Shown here piece by piece: positions 1 to 9,852 of a stretch of 64,000 nt of DNA. Under the pieces are notes generated by a model, which saw nothing but the letters and a program-made list of their open reading frames with translations, was not told the DNA's origin and ran no database searches. Position numbers and translations under genes: made by a program. The stretch lies in assembly GCA_020348925.1 (NCBI GenBank), contig CP070758.1, positions 762,469 through 826,468 of the forward strand. Direction: 5' to 3'. How positions within the stretch are numbered: the first letter of the stretch is position 1; every line of letters starts with the position of its first letter. Source of the DNA: Gemmatimonadota bacterium (GTDB taxonomy: Bacteria > JBHIER01 > G020348925).

Positions 1-701
1 AACACAGCGTTTCCCAGAGTCAGTGGTAGTTGTGGTATTACGAGCAATATTAGAGCTGAACCCAGGAGATTCAAGCGAGGAAGGGTAATATTCAAGGTAT
101 GATTACTGTGAGACAATTCTGAAATCGACGGCAAATAGAGAAGGCTGAATATCAAACCCAGTACCATGAGCACCAATGAACAGGGAAAACGTTTCCATCT
201 CCATTGCGTCCCCGTCACAAAAACGGTTGAAACCACAACCACTCCAAGGCTAAGCTCAGTACTCGTGACAAATTCATTTAGAAAAAGTTTAGAAGTTGTT
301 ATCATTTCCAGCGCTTTCCTCGCCAGTAACAAGCCTATTCCTACTTGCACACCACGTATAATGGGTATAGTAAATAGCTTCTGTAAAAAGTGTAAGCCTT
401 TCATATGAGTTAGGGCTAAGAGTATGATCCCATAAATCAATGCAGCAGTAAAGACAATGTCCATATTGAGACCAGAGGCAATCGTAATTACAGCCATTAC
501 CTTTAGGGGTTGAACTGAGATGGGTACTTTATAGTACCAGCCAGTGAATATATAAACCAAACCCCATAGGGAGAAAATGCCGAATGACGAGAACCGATTG
601 CAGGTAATCAGGACGAAGGCCAACGGTAATGCAATACCCAAGTCACCCAAGGCACCAGCGAACTCACCCCAACCAAAGCTATTTTTTAATTTTGTTGACA
701 T
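1..701 (-). CDS. MOT1-family molybdate/sulfate transporter (partial, runs off window edge)
   Basis: Absent from ORF track. Manual translation from ATG 701 gives MSTKLKNSFGWGEFAGALGDLGIALP...YKVPISVQPLK...IRGVQVGIGL...IPQLPLTLGNAV, which are MOT1 signature motifs. Lies next to mobB/moeA. Confidence 0.85.
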   Translation of the reverse strand, partial: MSTKLKNSFGWGEFAGALGDLGIALPLAFVLITCNRFSSFGIFSLWGLVYIFTGWYYKVPISVQPLKVMAVITIASGLNMDIVFTAALIYGIILLALTHMKGLHFLQKLFTIPIIRGVQVGIGLLLARKALEMITTSKLFLNEFVTSTELSLGVVVVSTVFVTGTQWRWKRFPCSLVLMVLGLIFSLLYLPSISELSHSNHTLNITLPRLNLLGSALILLVIPQLPLTLGNAV

Positions 702-945
702 ACGTCGTTCATATTTTGCTGATTTTTATTTCGCTATAGTAATCAGATAGCATAAATAAATCTTAGATCAATCTACTACTTTTGATCCTCCAAGTCCCAC
801 ATGAGCGTCGAAAAGGCCCCGCATGGTTACATACAGTCTCCGAAAGGAATGAATCCAGCACTATTCCTTCCACTTCTTCCAGATTTTTTCTGAATTTGTG
901 TTAAAGAAAGCAATTCATCACGTATCAAACATTTCAATACCCTTT

Positions 946-1452
946 CTATGGATAGTTGGCTAAAAACTGTTCCTCGATAAAACCCACAAGGCCATTAATA
1001 TTATCAAAATCAAACTGAGGAACATCGATCTCAAGTCGTGAATCACAAACCAAGGCGATTCTTTCACTCTTATTAATATCCAAGGGCTTTGCGTGAACGT
1101 CTGATCGAAAGCACTCTATTTTTGGCTTGTTTTGAGCCTTATATCCTTCTGTTATAACAATATCTACATCTTGAAAAAAATTTTTCACCATCTTGTCTAA
1201 AGGAAGCGAATTCCTTAGTTTTTTAATGAGAGCCAATTTTTTAGACGATGCGATAACCACCGTTTCACTTCCCGCCTGATAGTGTCGATATGTATCCTTC
1301 CCTTCATAATCAATCTCAAATCCATGAACATCATGTTTAATCGTCCCTACTCGGTAGCCCCGCTTCTTGAGTTCACTGACTATTTTTTCAATCAGCGTTG
1401 TCTTCCCGCTGTTCTTCTTACCGACGATGGAAACAACTGGAATTCTCATCAT
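946..1452 (-). CDS. mobB: Molybdopterin-guanine dinucleotide biosynthesis protein B
   Basis: GKKNSGKTT P-loop, IKHDVHGFEID.EGKDT and EGYK motifs. Confidence 0.95.
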   Translation of the reverse strand: MMRIPVVSIVGKKNSGKTTLIEKIVSELKKRGYRVGTIKHDVHGFEIDYEGKDTYRHYQAGSETVVIASSKKLALIKKLRNSLPLDKMVKNFFQDVDIVITEGYKAQNKPKIECFRSDVHAKPLDINKSERIALVCDSRLEIDVPQFDFDNINGLVGFIEEQFLANYP

Positions 1453-2672
1453 TCAAGCACCTCGTTTAGAATCTGGATTTTGACGTTTGAGTCTTTCTCA
1501 ACAAAACTGAGATTTTCAGGCAAAACAATAAGACTATTTGCCTGGCTCATTGACCGTAAAATACCCGACCCCTGAGGACCGCTTGGTGATGTATAATAAA
1601 CTCCGTTATTCACTATAGTCTTAGCTCTGATAAAATGGACTCTTCCTGGATTGATTCGAATATCTTCCATTACAATAGCATTGACAAGAGGTTGTAATCG
1701 GTGTTTTCTTCCGGACATTTTGAAAATTGCTGGTTTGACGAACTGTTCAAAAGAAACCATAGATGAAACAGGATTACCTGGAAGCCCGAAGACGGGTTTC
1801 CCTTTTATGAGTCCAAACGCAAGAGGCTTACCCGGTTTCATGGCCACTTTCCAAAATTTCATCCTTGTTCCAAGTTCGGCCAAGATGTCCTTTACGAGGT
1901 CATAAGCCCCGACTGAAATACCACCTGAAACCAGGATCATATCAGCCATCAATCCAGACAGTAATTTTTCTTTAATGACTTTCGCTTCATCACACGCAAT
2001 ACCTAAATCGATTGGTATTCCCCCGCACTTGAGAATTTGAGTATACAGTATACTGCTGTTGCTATTCCTGATTTTTCCAGGTCTTAACTTATGATCTGGG
2101 TCGACTAATTCATCTCCAGTAGCTAATATGGCCACCTGCGGCATCTTGTTTACCTGCACCCATTTCTTTCCCAGAGAGGCAAGAAGTCCTATTTCGGCCG
2201 GCCTGATCAACACACCTTTCTTAATAACCAGATCACCTTCTCCGATATTTTCTCCGGTCTTTCGGATGTTCGTCCCTTTCCTGATCTCTTTGAGTATTTC
2301 AACCTTACGACCATTGATGTTTGTATTTTCGACCATTATTACGGCATCTGCGCCGCAAGGGATTGGTGCCCCGGTCATTATTCTTATTGCCTGTCCCCTT
2401 GCCAAATTCTTTGTGGCGACATATCCTGCCGGTACATCTTCTATCACATCAAGTTCCACCTTAAGTCCTGAGGGGGATTTTTTTGTATCTGATGCAAGAA
2501 GAGCATAACCGTCCATAGCAGAATTGTCGAAAGGTGGAACATTTGATTGAGCATAAATATCCTCCGCTAATACCCTATCAAGTGAGAATAGGACCTTCAC
2601 TTTTTCTGAGCCTATTTCTTTAACGTTTCTAAGAACAATATGTAAAGCGTCTTTTTTCGAAATCATTGACAT
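1449..2672 (-). CDS. moeA: Molybdopterin molybdotransferase
   Basis: PPFDNSAMDGYA, IMTGAPIP.GADAV, TGDEL, SGGISVG.YD, KPGKP, LPGNP. Confidence 0.97.
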   Translation of the reverse strand: MSMISKKDALHIVLRNVKEIGSEKVKVLFSLDRVLAEDIYAQSNVPPFDNSAMDGYALLASDTKKSPSGLKVELDVIEDVPAGYVATKNLARGQAIRIMTGAPIPCGADAVIMVENTNINGRKVEILKEIRKGTNIRKTGENIGEGDLVIKKGVLIRPAEIGLLASLGKKWVQVNKMPQVAILATGDELVDPDHKLRPGKIRNSNSSILYTQILKCGGIPIDLGIACDEAKVIKEKLLSGLMADMILVSGGISVGAYDLVKDILAELGTRMKFWKVAMKPGKPLAFGLIKGKPVFGLPGNPVSSMVSFEQFVKPAIFKMSGRKHRLQPLVNAIVMEDIRINPGRVHFIRAKTIVNNGVYYTSPSGPQGSGILRSMSQANSLIVLPENLSFVEKDSNVKIQILNEVLE

Positions 2673-2703
2673 ATTTACCCCTTAAACAATTTGTGGTTTA
2701 TAT

Positions 2704-2726
2704 CGATGGGCAATATCTGCCCATCG
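2704..2726. repeat. Perfect 9-bp inverted repeat between modE-like gene and moeA
   Basis: CGATGGGCA-ATATC-TGCCCATCG; function (operator, hairpin or REP-like) unknown. Confidence 0.5.
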
Positions 2727-2764
2727 CTCGGTAAAAAATGTAGGGCGATAACAAATCCTTTTAT

Positions 2765-3097
2765 TTACTCACAAAATATCTTTTGAAACTTTTGATCGAT
2801 AGCGTTGTGTATTCCCTTCTCGAGTGCCCTGTAATTCTGAATAAGTTCCATTGCCTGCTTGCTAAGTTCGGCGCCACCACCACCCTCTCCGCCGATGGTC
2901 CGATACACGAGCGGTACATCTAACCTCATTTCCATCAATTTGATGTAACTTCTCGCACGGCGGTAAGAAATGCCTGTCTTGGCAGCAGCTTCTTTAATTG
3001 AACCCAATTTACCAATAGCTTCCAACAATTGAGCTCTTCCGCTTCCAAAAACTGTTTGACCATTCTTTTCCAGCCAAATTTTCGATTTTACCTTCAT
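2765..3097 (-). CDS. ModE-family winged-helix regulator, DNA-binding domain only
   Basis: KIWLE..FG.GRAQLLEAI...GSI..AA...ISYRRA and GG.GGGGA.LS; no C-terminal mop/TOBE domains. Confidence 0.85.
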   Translation of the reverse strand: MKVKSKIWLEKNGQTVFGSGRAQLLEAIGKLGSIKEAAAKTGISYRRARSYIKLMEMRLDVPLVYRTIGGEGGGGAELSKQAMELIQNYRALEKGIHNAIDQKFQKIFCE

Positions 3098-3195
3098 AAT
3101 TACAACGGACAATCTTTTTTCTTTCAGAATTAGACATACTGAAATTTTAAAAGCACCGTGGCATAAGCCTCTTGCATGTAATTATGTTACTATCG

Positions 3196-3804
3196 CTAGC
3201 TCTCGGATAGCCTTTTCAGATCTTTTTTTATAAAAGATCGTGTGAGACGAGCTAAATGTTTATAAAACTCAGTCTCGGCATTTGCCTCTACAGTGTCAGT
3301 AAATTCTAACACCCAAATAGCCAAATGATTTTCCAAGAAATCTTTCTGTTTTCTAAGATAACGGGTTGTATTGATAGAATCGGAATTCAAAGCCGCTTCG
3401 ATTTCTTTGGAAATGAGAAAGCACATGAACTCTAATTCAATAGCGATATGGTCGGGTGCTTCCTTGAGATCAACCCGTAATCCCTCCTCAGCATATGTGT
3501 ACCATATATCCATTGTTGAGTCACCCATCACTCTTCTCGCATTTTCCAGATAAACAGATCCGTAAGGCGGAGCAAGAAGTTTGTAGGGTCCCAAAAATAG
3601 CTTCGCATAGTCGATTTTAAGTGACTCAACGTTGTTTGTTGTAGGAGAGTTTTTTGAAATTTCAGAATATAAACTCCCTCTCGATGTATCTGATTCCCTG
3701 AGTGTATTGAGTAATCCCTCATCTGGCGAGTAATAGCATTCCGATAGGAGTTTATAAGTATCTCTTCTATGTTCTTCCCGAGATAAGAATTCTTTGCTTT
3801 CCAT
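3196..3804 (-). CDS. arrD: TorD/DmsD-family maturation chaperone (ArrD-like)
   Basis: YAKLFLGP..LLAPPYGSVY, EAPDHIAIELEFM, FL..HL..W; directly downstream of arrA. Confidence 0.9.
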   Translation of the reverse strand: MESKEFLSREEHRRDTYKLLSECYYSPDEGLLNTLRESDTSRGSLYSEISKNSPTTNNVESLKIDYAKLFLGPYKLLAPPYGSVYLENARRVMGDSTMDIWYTYAEEGLRVDLKEAPDHIAIELEFMCFLISKEIEAALNSDSINTTRYLRKQKDFLENHLAIWVLEFTDTVEANAETEFYKHLARLTRSFIKKDLKRLSES

Positions 3805-3940
3805 GTGTTTCGACCTCTACATACGTTCCCATATGACGTGTGAAGTAAAGATGCGCCATACACTCACTCTTTTTCAATGGTACGTTTTTATGACGTGAAC
3901 TCCCAGGTATATTTAGAAACGCAACAATTTTTGAAGCTTT

Positions 3941-6478
3941 TTATACCTTGACTATTTTCACTCGCACAACGCCAAAAAAGGCTGAGCTTCCGCTTAAGCG
4001 CTCATAGTCTGCCGGGATAATATCGTTATTGTTCCCGCCCCTTGGCACCTTACCGAACTCGCTGGCAGCTATTTCTCCATAGGCCCAGTGTCCTTGACCG
4101 TAGCACTTGGCAATCGTTCCAGGCCTCGTACCTTCCCAGAGTTTCGCCGTGCATTCCAACTCCCCTGTTGGTGAGAGAAGCCTGATTCTGTCTCCCGTCT
4201 TCACTCCAAGTCTTGCAGCATCGACCGGATTTATTTTGGCTACATCATCCCATGCCTCATCGCCCGGATCGTGGTCTTTCAATTCTTGGTACCACAAGCA
4301 ATTGGCGGACCTCCCCTCACGGTTAAGTCTGGACTTGTAATCTACAAACACTAATCCATCTTTATTACCGTACATATAAGGTTCTTCATAGTGTGGAACA
4401 AATGCTTTTTCCCCTCTTGCCTCGTAATTACAGGCAGCCAGAACGTCATCAATGGACTTTGCGTGTTTCTCGGCGTGTTTCGCCAGAGCTTCCTTCAGTG
4501 TCTCGCTATAGAACTCAAACTGCTTGGTCTTCGTCTTCATACTTCCCCATCTCTTTCTGAATGGATAAGGATCCGAGTTCCAGACACCGGTCTTTCTGAA
4601 ATCCTCCCAGCCGTTAAATTTATCACCTCCTTGGTATTCAGCTGGATCCCAGAGTTTATGAGTAGCGTGTTTCAGAGCATATAAGGCAAACTCTTTCTCA
4701 TTTGTTGGGATTTTACCAGTTTCTGGGTCTTTATACTCTCGGTAGTGCCTGAGTAAATTATCAAACCCCCTTTCGGCTAATTTCTCCGCTATCAGCCATG
4801 GGATCTCGGTCTCATCTGTCCTCACATCCCATAACGGTTTTATTACTGGTTGATTCATGGTGACGTGGCGATATCCGTTGGCAAATGACTTAACGTAGCC
4901 CCACTTCTCAAACATGTGGTGGTTAGAAGGTAGCACTATATCAGCAAACCATGTAGTCTCTGATGCATTCGTGGTGATATGCACCGAGAAGGGGATTTTA
5001 GACAAAGCCTTGAACCACCTTTCACTCTGAGTACAAGAGAAGGCGAAGTTATTCATATACCCTATTGCGACCCTAATCTCATTAGGATCCTCATTCAGTA
5101 TACCGTCCGCAGCATTGTTCGTTACTACTCCGCCTCCAGACTTACCGGCATTGAGGGCTGGGAACTCCAGTCTCCCCCTGTGGTCTATTTTCTTATGTTT
5201 TATTCCCGCCTGTGCTATTTCATCAAGGAACTTCTTTTCACTCGGGAAGCTTTGAGTATACTCTTTATTCGCCTTCAGGGTTCCTCCAACGTTATCGACT
5301 GAACCTATCAGACCATTCAGGGCATGACATGCCAGAGATGCATATGCTCCCCTGACCTGCATCACCGGTCCACGAGCCACCCATGAGATGGCATGAGGGC
5401 CCGCCTTTCCGTAACCGATAGCGACCCTTCTTATTTGCTCCGCTGGCAGTCCCGTCTTCGCCGCCGCCCACTCAGGAGTTTTGTCCTTCAACTCAATATT
5501 CCACCACTTGACTAGACCATACGTGTATTTTTCCTCAAAATCACTCTCACTTATGGTTTTTCCTGCAGCAAACCTGTTGGTGCCGTCAATGAAATCACCA
5601 ACAAAATCTCTGTTCCATAGACCTTGAACCAATATCTCATGGGCCATAGCACAGGCCAGTGCACCGTCTTCACCAGGCTTGACTGGCAACCATTCGGATG
5701 CTTTCGCTGCCGTCGCCGATAGTCTGGGGTCGACTACTGCCACCTGCGCTCTATCGAGTGCGTCCCCCCACCTGCTCATGTAGTAGGACACCTGCCTGTT
5801 GGCAGCGAGGGGGTCTGCACCCCAGAGGATGATATATCTGGTATTAAGAATGTCATACTGTCGATAGGTCCATTCACCCTCTGTGTAATAAGGCCCAAAC
5901 TTCTCTGCTTCAGCACAAATGGCACTATGGGAGATATTGTTCGGAGAGCCGATGATTTTTGTCATCCGGCTGTAAATGATATCCCTCATGTAGGAATATC
6001 TACCTCTCAACAGTAAATACTTATGGGTTTCGTTGTTTTTCCGGAGTTCCATGATCTTGTCGGCTATCGTGTTAAGAGCCTCATCCCATGTTATAGGCAC
6101 AAATTTCGGATCCTCATTTCTCCCCTTTTTGGGATTGGTCCTCCTCATAGGTGATTTGACTCTGTCTGGGTCATATACTTGCTGGAGACTCATATGTGCC
6201 CTTGGACAGCTCGCGGCTCCATTTACTTTGGAGTTTGGGTTGCCGCGAACTTTGATAGCTCTGCCATCTACAACATAGACCTGCTTAGAGCACCAAGACG
6301 TGCAGCCCTGACAGGTGGTTGGTCTCCATTCGCCTTGTACTTCGTAATCAGCGCGACCAGTTCGTGCGAATGCTCTTAATACCGGTTTAAGCGTGGTGCC
6401 CAATGTCACTGTTGCACCGACCACAGCAGCGTTCTTTAATAAATTTCGGCGAGTCAGTTCTTTTGAACTTTTATACAT
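3941..6478 (-). CDS. arrA: Respiratory arsenate reductase catalytic subunit (Mo-bisPGD, DMSO reductase family)
   Basis: TAT signal TRRNLLK; CQGCTSWC...C 4Fe-4S motif; KGRNEDPKFVPITWDEAL; ArrA-diagnostic RGRY; GSPNNISHSAICAEAEKFG with Mo-ligating Cys; SRLNREGRSAN. Confidence 0.92.
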   Translation of the reverse strand: MYKSSKELTRRNLLKNAAVVGATVTLGTTLKPVLRAFARTGRADYEVQGEWRPTTCQGCTSWCSKQVYVVDGRAIKVRGNPNSKVNGAASCPRAHMSLQQVYDPDRVKSPMRRTNPKKGRNEDPKFVPITWDEALNTIADKIMELRKNNETHKYLLLRGRYSYMRDIIYSRMTKIIGSPNNISHSAICAEAEKFGPYYTEGEWTYRQYDILNTRYIILWGADPLAANRQVSYYMSRWGDALDRAQVAVVDPRLSATAAKASEWLPVKPGEDGALACAMAHEILVQGLWNRDFVGDFIDGTNRFAAGKTISESDFEEKYTYGLVKWWNIELKDKTPEWAAAKTGLPAEQIRRVAIGYGKAGPHAISWVARGPVMQVRGAYASLACHALNGLIGSVDNVGGTLKANKEYTQSFPSEKKFLDEIAQAGIKHKKIDHRGRLEFPALNAGKSGGGVVTNNAADGILNEDPNEIRVAIGYMNNFAFSCTQSERWFKALSKIPFSVHITTNASETTWFADIVLPSNHHMFEKWGYVKSFANGYRHVTMNQPVIKPLWDVRTDETEIPWLIAEKLAERGFDNLLRHYREYKDPETGKIPTNEKEFALYALKHATHKLWDPAEYQGGDKFNGWEDFRKTGVWNSDPYPFRKRWGSMKTKTKQFEFYSETLKEALAKHAEKHAKSIDDVLAACNYEARGEKAFVPHYEEPYMYGNKDGLVFVDYKSRLNREGRSANCLWYQELKDHDPGDEAWDDVAKINPVDAARLGVKTGDRIRLLSPTGELECTAKLWEGTRPGTIAKCYGQGHWAYGEIAASEFGKVPRGGNNNDIIPADYERLSGSSAFFGVVRVKIVKV

Positions 6479-6535
6479 TTTACTTTCACCTCCCGTAGTG
6501 AGACTTGGAAATCTTTCCAGCAGCTATATGTAATT

Positions 6536-7393
6536 CTATACCATGCCCTTCGTTTTTTCATAGGAACCCTGATTAAATTCTCTTACATAAAACACTTTCG
6601 GTTCTGTTCCCAAATCTTCCTTGAGTCGCCGAGAGTTGAATTTACTGAGGATTTGGTTTACCTCGCTATTCGGATCATTCAGATCTCCGAATATTCTTGC
6701 GTCAGTCGGGCAGGCTTCCACACAGTAAGGCAACTCTCCCTTGATAAGCCTGTGATCGCAAAAGGTGCATTTCTCCACAATACCTTTGCGTCGTATCCCT
6801 GTACCAGGGTTGGATAGCTCCCTGGCCGGATTGTAATAAGGAAGAACTCTACCTCTGGCCTTCTGTGTAACCTCGCGAGCAGACGCAGTACCATTTTCAA
6901 TCAGAGGCTTGTCATTGCTCCAGAAACGGTGCTTTCCCTCTTCGTTAAAATGAATTACACCATAGGGGCAGTTGGTGATACAATATCGGCAACCAATGCA
7001 CTTACCCGGACTGTGCATAGTGATGTCACCATCCGCCTTGTGCATGGCTCCCGTTGGGCATCCTTTGACGCACGGAGCCTTCTCGCAGTGATTGCACAGA
7101 GTCGGCATATATTCATATTTAGGATAAGGGAACCGCCCAACAGTCCTGCTGATTCGACTCGCCCAAGCAACATTCTCTTGGACATTGTTCTCGTTCTTAC
7201 AAGCAATCATGCACGCTCCACAACCTACGCACCTTCTGAGGTCGATTACCATTGCCAGTTTCTTGCCTGAAATCGAGCTCTGGGCTTTCGCCGGCCCTCC
7301 TGTAACCGCAGACATTATGCCAGCGGTTCCCCCCAAAACTCCGCCTTTCAGGAAATCTCTCCGGCTGATCTCGTTACCATTCGATTTACTCAT
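6536..7393 (-). CDS. arrB: Arsenate reductase 4x[4Fe-4S] electron-transfer subunit with twin-arginine signal
   Basis: CVGCGAC..AC, CNHC..APC..GC, CIGC.YC...C, CTFC...CVEAC; ArrB-like insertion (PYYNP.R...G...GIVEKC); N-terminus SRRDFLK...AKA. Confidence 0.88.
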   Translation of the reverse strand: MSKSNGNEISRRDFLKGGVLGGTAGIMSAVTGGPAKAQSSISGKKLAMVIDLRRCVGCGACMIACKNENNVQENVAWASRISRTVGRFPYPKYEYMPTLCNHCEKAPCVKGCPTGAMHKADGDITMHSPGKCIGCRYCITNCPYGVIHFNEEGKHRFWSNDKPLIENGTASAREVTQKARGRVLPYYNPARELSNPGTGIRRKGIVEKCTFCDHRLIKGELPYCVEACPTDARIFGDLNDPNSEVNQILSKFNSRRLKEDLGTEPKVFYVREFNQGSYEKTKGMV

Positions 7394-7513
7394 GGTTATT
7401 GTGACTCCCTATTCATGTTGACCTGCAAACGGTTTATTGATAGTGTGTTACATCACATCCCTGTTGGTCAGATTGAACATTAAGTTACCAGGCATAAGTC
7501 CTGCCCAGATGGA

Positions 7514-8650
7514 CTAAGAATGGTGTGGGACTTCTTTCAAAGCCAGTTTCTTTGTCCCCCACATGTACAGTAAAGCTGTTAAGGAAACGGCCAACATCAC
7601 AACAGCAATCTCGGCAAATGAAGCTGAGTATTGTGCCGGAGAGCCATGCTCGAGGTGCTTCAAATCCTCCAACATCGGTTCGATGAGGCCTCCTATGGTG
7701 TAATCCATTCTGGCAGCGAACATTCCTATCAGTACCAGAAAGGATCCAACGAGTATGCCGTTCGGTGTTCTTGTCCTTCGGTTTAAAAAGAGAAATAGTG
7801 GTATTATTAAACCTAAAAGTATCACAATTGCCCAATACCACCAGAGAGATAGGCTGTGCTGATAAGCCGTGCTGTCGACTGTACTGTGCAGCCCCGTAAC
7901 ATCTCTCCAAAACGTGAAAAGAACAGCTACGCCTAAAGCTAAGGCTAAGAACTTGGCAAGAGTTGCTGTCACGCGGCGGAATTCAGTACTCATTTCACTT
8001 TTGCTGACACTAAACTGGAGAGTAGTAACAAATAAGACCAGCGCCGTGCCGATTATTATAGCAATCAGTACAAAGTATACTGGGGCAAAAGCTCCCCCAT
8101 AGAACGGCCTCGCGACAGCAAATCCGAAGACAGCTCCAAGTGTAGAGTGAACCCCTATAGCAGCCAGAGGAGCAATGATGCCAATTACCCGGGCCTTCTT
8201 GACATCGTTTTTATGGAGCAGAGAGAAGTCAATAACCAGCAATACCAAGTAAAGGGTATAGAAGATTACCATCCACCCCAAAGGGGACCCTACGTTGGGA
8301 GATATCAACAGGTAATACGCTTGAATCGGAGAACCGAGGTGAAGGACTATGAGAATGCCTCCGGCAAAAAGGGTGATTATCGCCAGAAATACCGCCCTTT
8401 TTATTATGAGCTCAAATCCCTTTATGCCTAAGGCATGACCAAGTGACACCGTTATACACCCTGCGCTCGCTGCCACAAAAAAGACATACGCGGCAGTAAC
8501 TATGCCCCAAGGTATTTGATCTGTTACTCCCCATGGACCCAGACCTCTAATGAGGGTGTAAACAGCACCCCATATTCCTATCAACAGTCCGACAATTACT
8601 ATCACCATCCATCCGTATAAGATCCGGTTAGAGGATTTTTTCTCTATCAT
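7514..8650 (-). CDS. arrC: NrfD/PsrC-family membrane anchor (ArrC-like quinol oxidase)
   Basis: PWGI...YVFF, HLGSP, SPL.WM, HSTLG..FG..ARP; about 10 hydrophobic segments. Confidence 0.88.
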   Translation of the reverse strand: MIEKKSSNRILYGWMVIVIVGLLIGIWGAVYTLIRGLGPWGVTDQIPWGIVTAAYVFFVAASAGCITVSLGHALGIKGFELIIKRAVFLAIITLFAGGILIVLHLGSPIQAYYLLISPNVGSPLGWMVIFYTLYLVLLVIDFSLLHKNDVKKARVIGIIAPLAAIGVHSTLGAVFGFAVARPFYGGAFAPVYFVLIAIIIGTALVLFVTTLQFSVSKSEMSTEFRRVTATLAKFLALALGVAVLFTFWRDVTGLHSTVDSTAYQHSLSLWWYWAIVILLGLIIPLFLFLNRRTRTPNGILVGSFLVLIGMFAARMDYTIGGLIEPMLEDLKHLEHGSPAQYSASFAEIAVVMLAVSLTALLYMWGTKKLALKEVPHHS

Positions 8651-8766
8651 GGTGTTTACCTCATTTCATCTAATACACCGGATTTGGTGCCAATTCCTTC
8701 TTTCATCTTCACCTCCCCATTTTAGGGAGGCAAAATTCTCATTCTGCCTTTTAACATTCATTTCGT

Positions 8767-9852
8767 TTAGATGTGCATCTGGTATTGAACTCTCAGACCA
8801 AACTCAGTGTCGGCACCGTCCTTTTGCGACATATCAACATCCAGGTTTATCTGAACCCGGTTGTACTTGTCAAAGAAGATATCCACTCCTGGCGTCACCA
8901 GAATATTTCTGGTGTCATCGTCATCAGTGTCTCTTTGGGCATAATCAACCCGAATTGCCGGACGCACAGAATAGATTTTCTCTCCCTCGGACAACTTTAC
9001 GTTGTAACTTCCGAGAAAGACAAATCCCATGAAATTTGCTTCATCGCTGATAATGGGATTAGAACCATAGACGACCTCTGTTTGTACCCATGGACCAGTC
9101 CTAGAGACCTTGTCTTTAATTCCATACTCTAAATCAGCTTCAAAAGCCAGAAAGTTATCGCTTGAACCGTTTTTAGTCGTATCTATGAAACTTTGGTATT
9201 TTGATACGGTTCGATTCGACACACTCGCCCCAAAAGACAAATCTTCGAGAGCACTGAGAACAACTCGACCACCGATCAGCTTTCCGTTGTCGTCGTCACT
9301 CTTTTTGTTATCACCATTGCCATTGAATACTCCAATATAGTATTTGACCTTCTCCACCTGTCCGTGCACCATGGCACCGATATCACGACCGGCGTATAAC
9401 CCGTCTTTGGTAATGATCTGATTGCTGCTCTTCCAGCTACTCCCGATAAGATGATTACCCCTTTCGATAACCATAGTCTTAGTGGTTGAGGTCAGCTCCC
9501 AGAGCGAAAACGGCTTTTTGTACTGGCCGAGCTTGATGTTGAATTTCGGGTCAAGGATTACGTCCACATAGCCGTCCTTGAGCTTTGCCCCTCCTTCTCC
9601 CAGGTCATATTGAACTTTGGCCTTCATTGTGCCCGCGGAGTTTTTATACTCGGCTGCGAGTCTCGCTCTGCGGACATAGAAAGTGTTATTCATATCTTCC
9701 GCCGCTTCCACGTTGGAGGTATGGAACTGTCCATGCAGCCTTCCGGCAAAGGTTACCTTTGACTTTTTAGCGACCACGTTCTCCTGGCCATTTGTGGTTG
9801 ACCATACACATGCGAATACCGTCAAACAAAGCATCAATTTAACCACTCTCAT
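8767..9852 (-). CDS. Outer-membrane porin, phosphate-selective porin OprO/OprP-like
   Basis: Signal peptide; F.VRRARL, LKDGYVD, GQYKKPFS.WEL, GRDIGAM, Y.IGVFNG; C-terminal beta strand RVQYQMHI. Confidence 0.75.
   Translation of the reverse strand: MRVVKLMLCLTVFACVWSTTNGQENVVAKKSKVTFAGRLHGQFHTSNVEAAEDMNNTFYVRRARLAAEYKNSAGTMKAKVQYDLGEGGAKLKDGYVDVILDPKFNIKLGQYKKPFSLWELTSTTKTMVIERGNHLIGSSWKSSNQIITKDGLYAGRDIGAMVHGQVEKVKYYIGVFNGNGDNKKSDDDNGKLIGGRVVLSALEDLSFGASVSNRTVSKYQSFIDTTKNGSSDNFLAFEADLEYGIKDKVSRTGPWVQTEVVYGSNPIISDEANFMGFVFLGSYNVKLSEGEKIYSVRPAIRVDYAQRDTDDDDTRNILVTPGVDIFFDKYNRVQINLDVDMSQKDGADTEFGLRVQYQMHI

Noticed and set aside
732-752. ModE box upstream of the MOT1 gene (GCTAT-N9-ATAGC)
   Set aside because: Short arms and spacing that does not fit the E. 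coli-type ModE consensus; AT-rich background
3941-6478. ArxA arsenite oxidase or polysulfide/thiosulfate reductase identity
   Set aside because: Has RGRY and SHSAICAEAEK as in ArrA, not the GRGW motif of ArxA; final proof needs a tree
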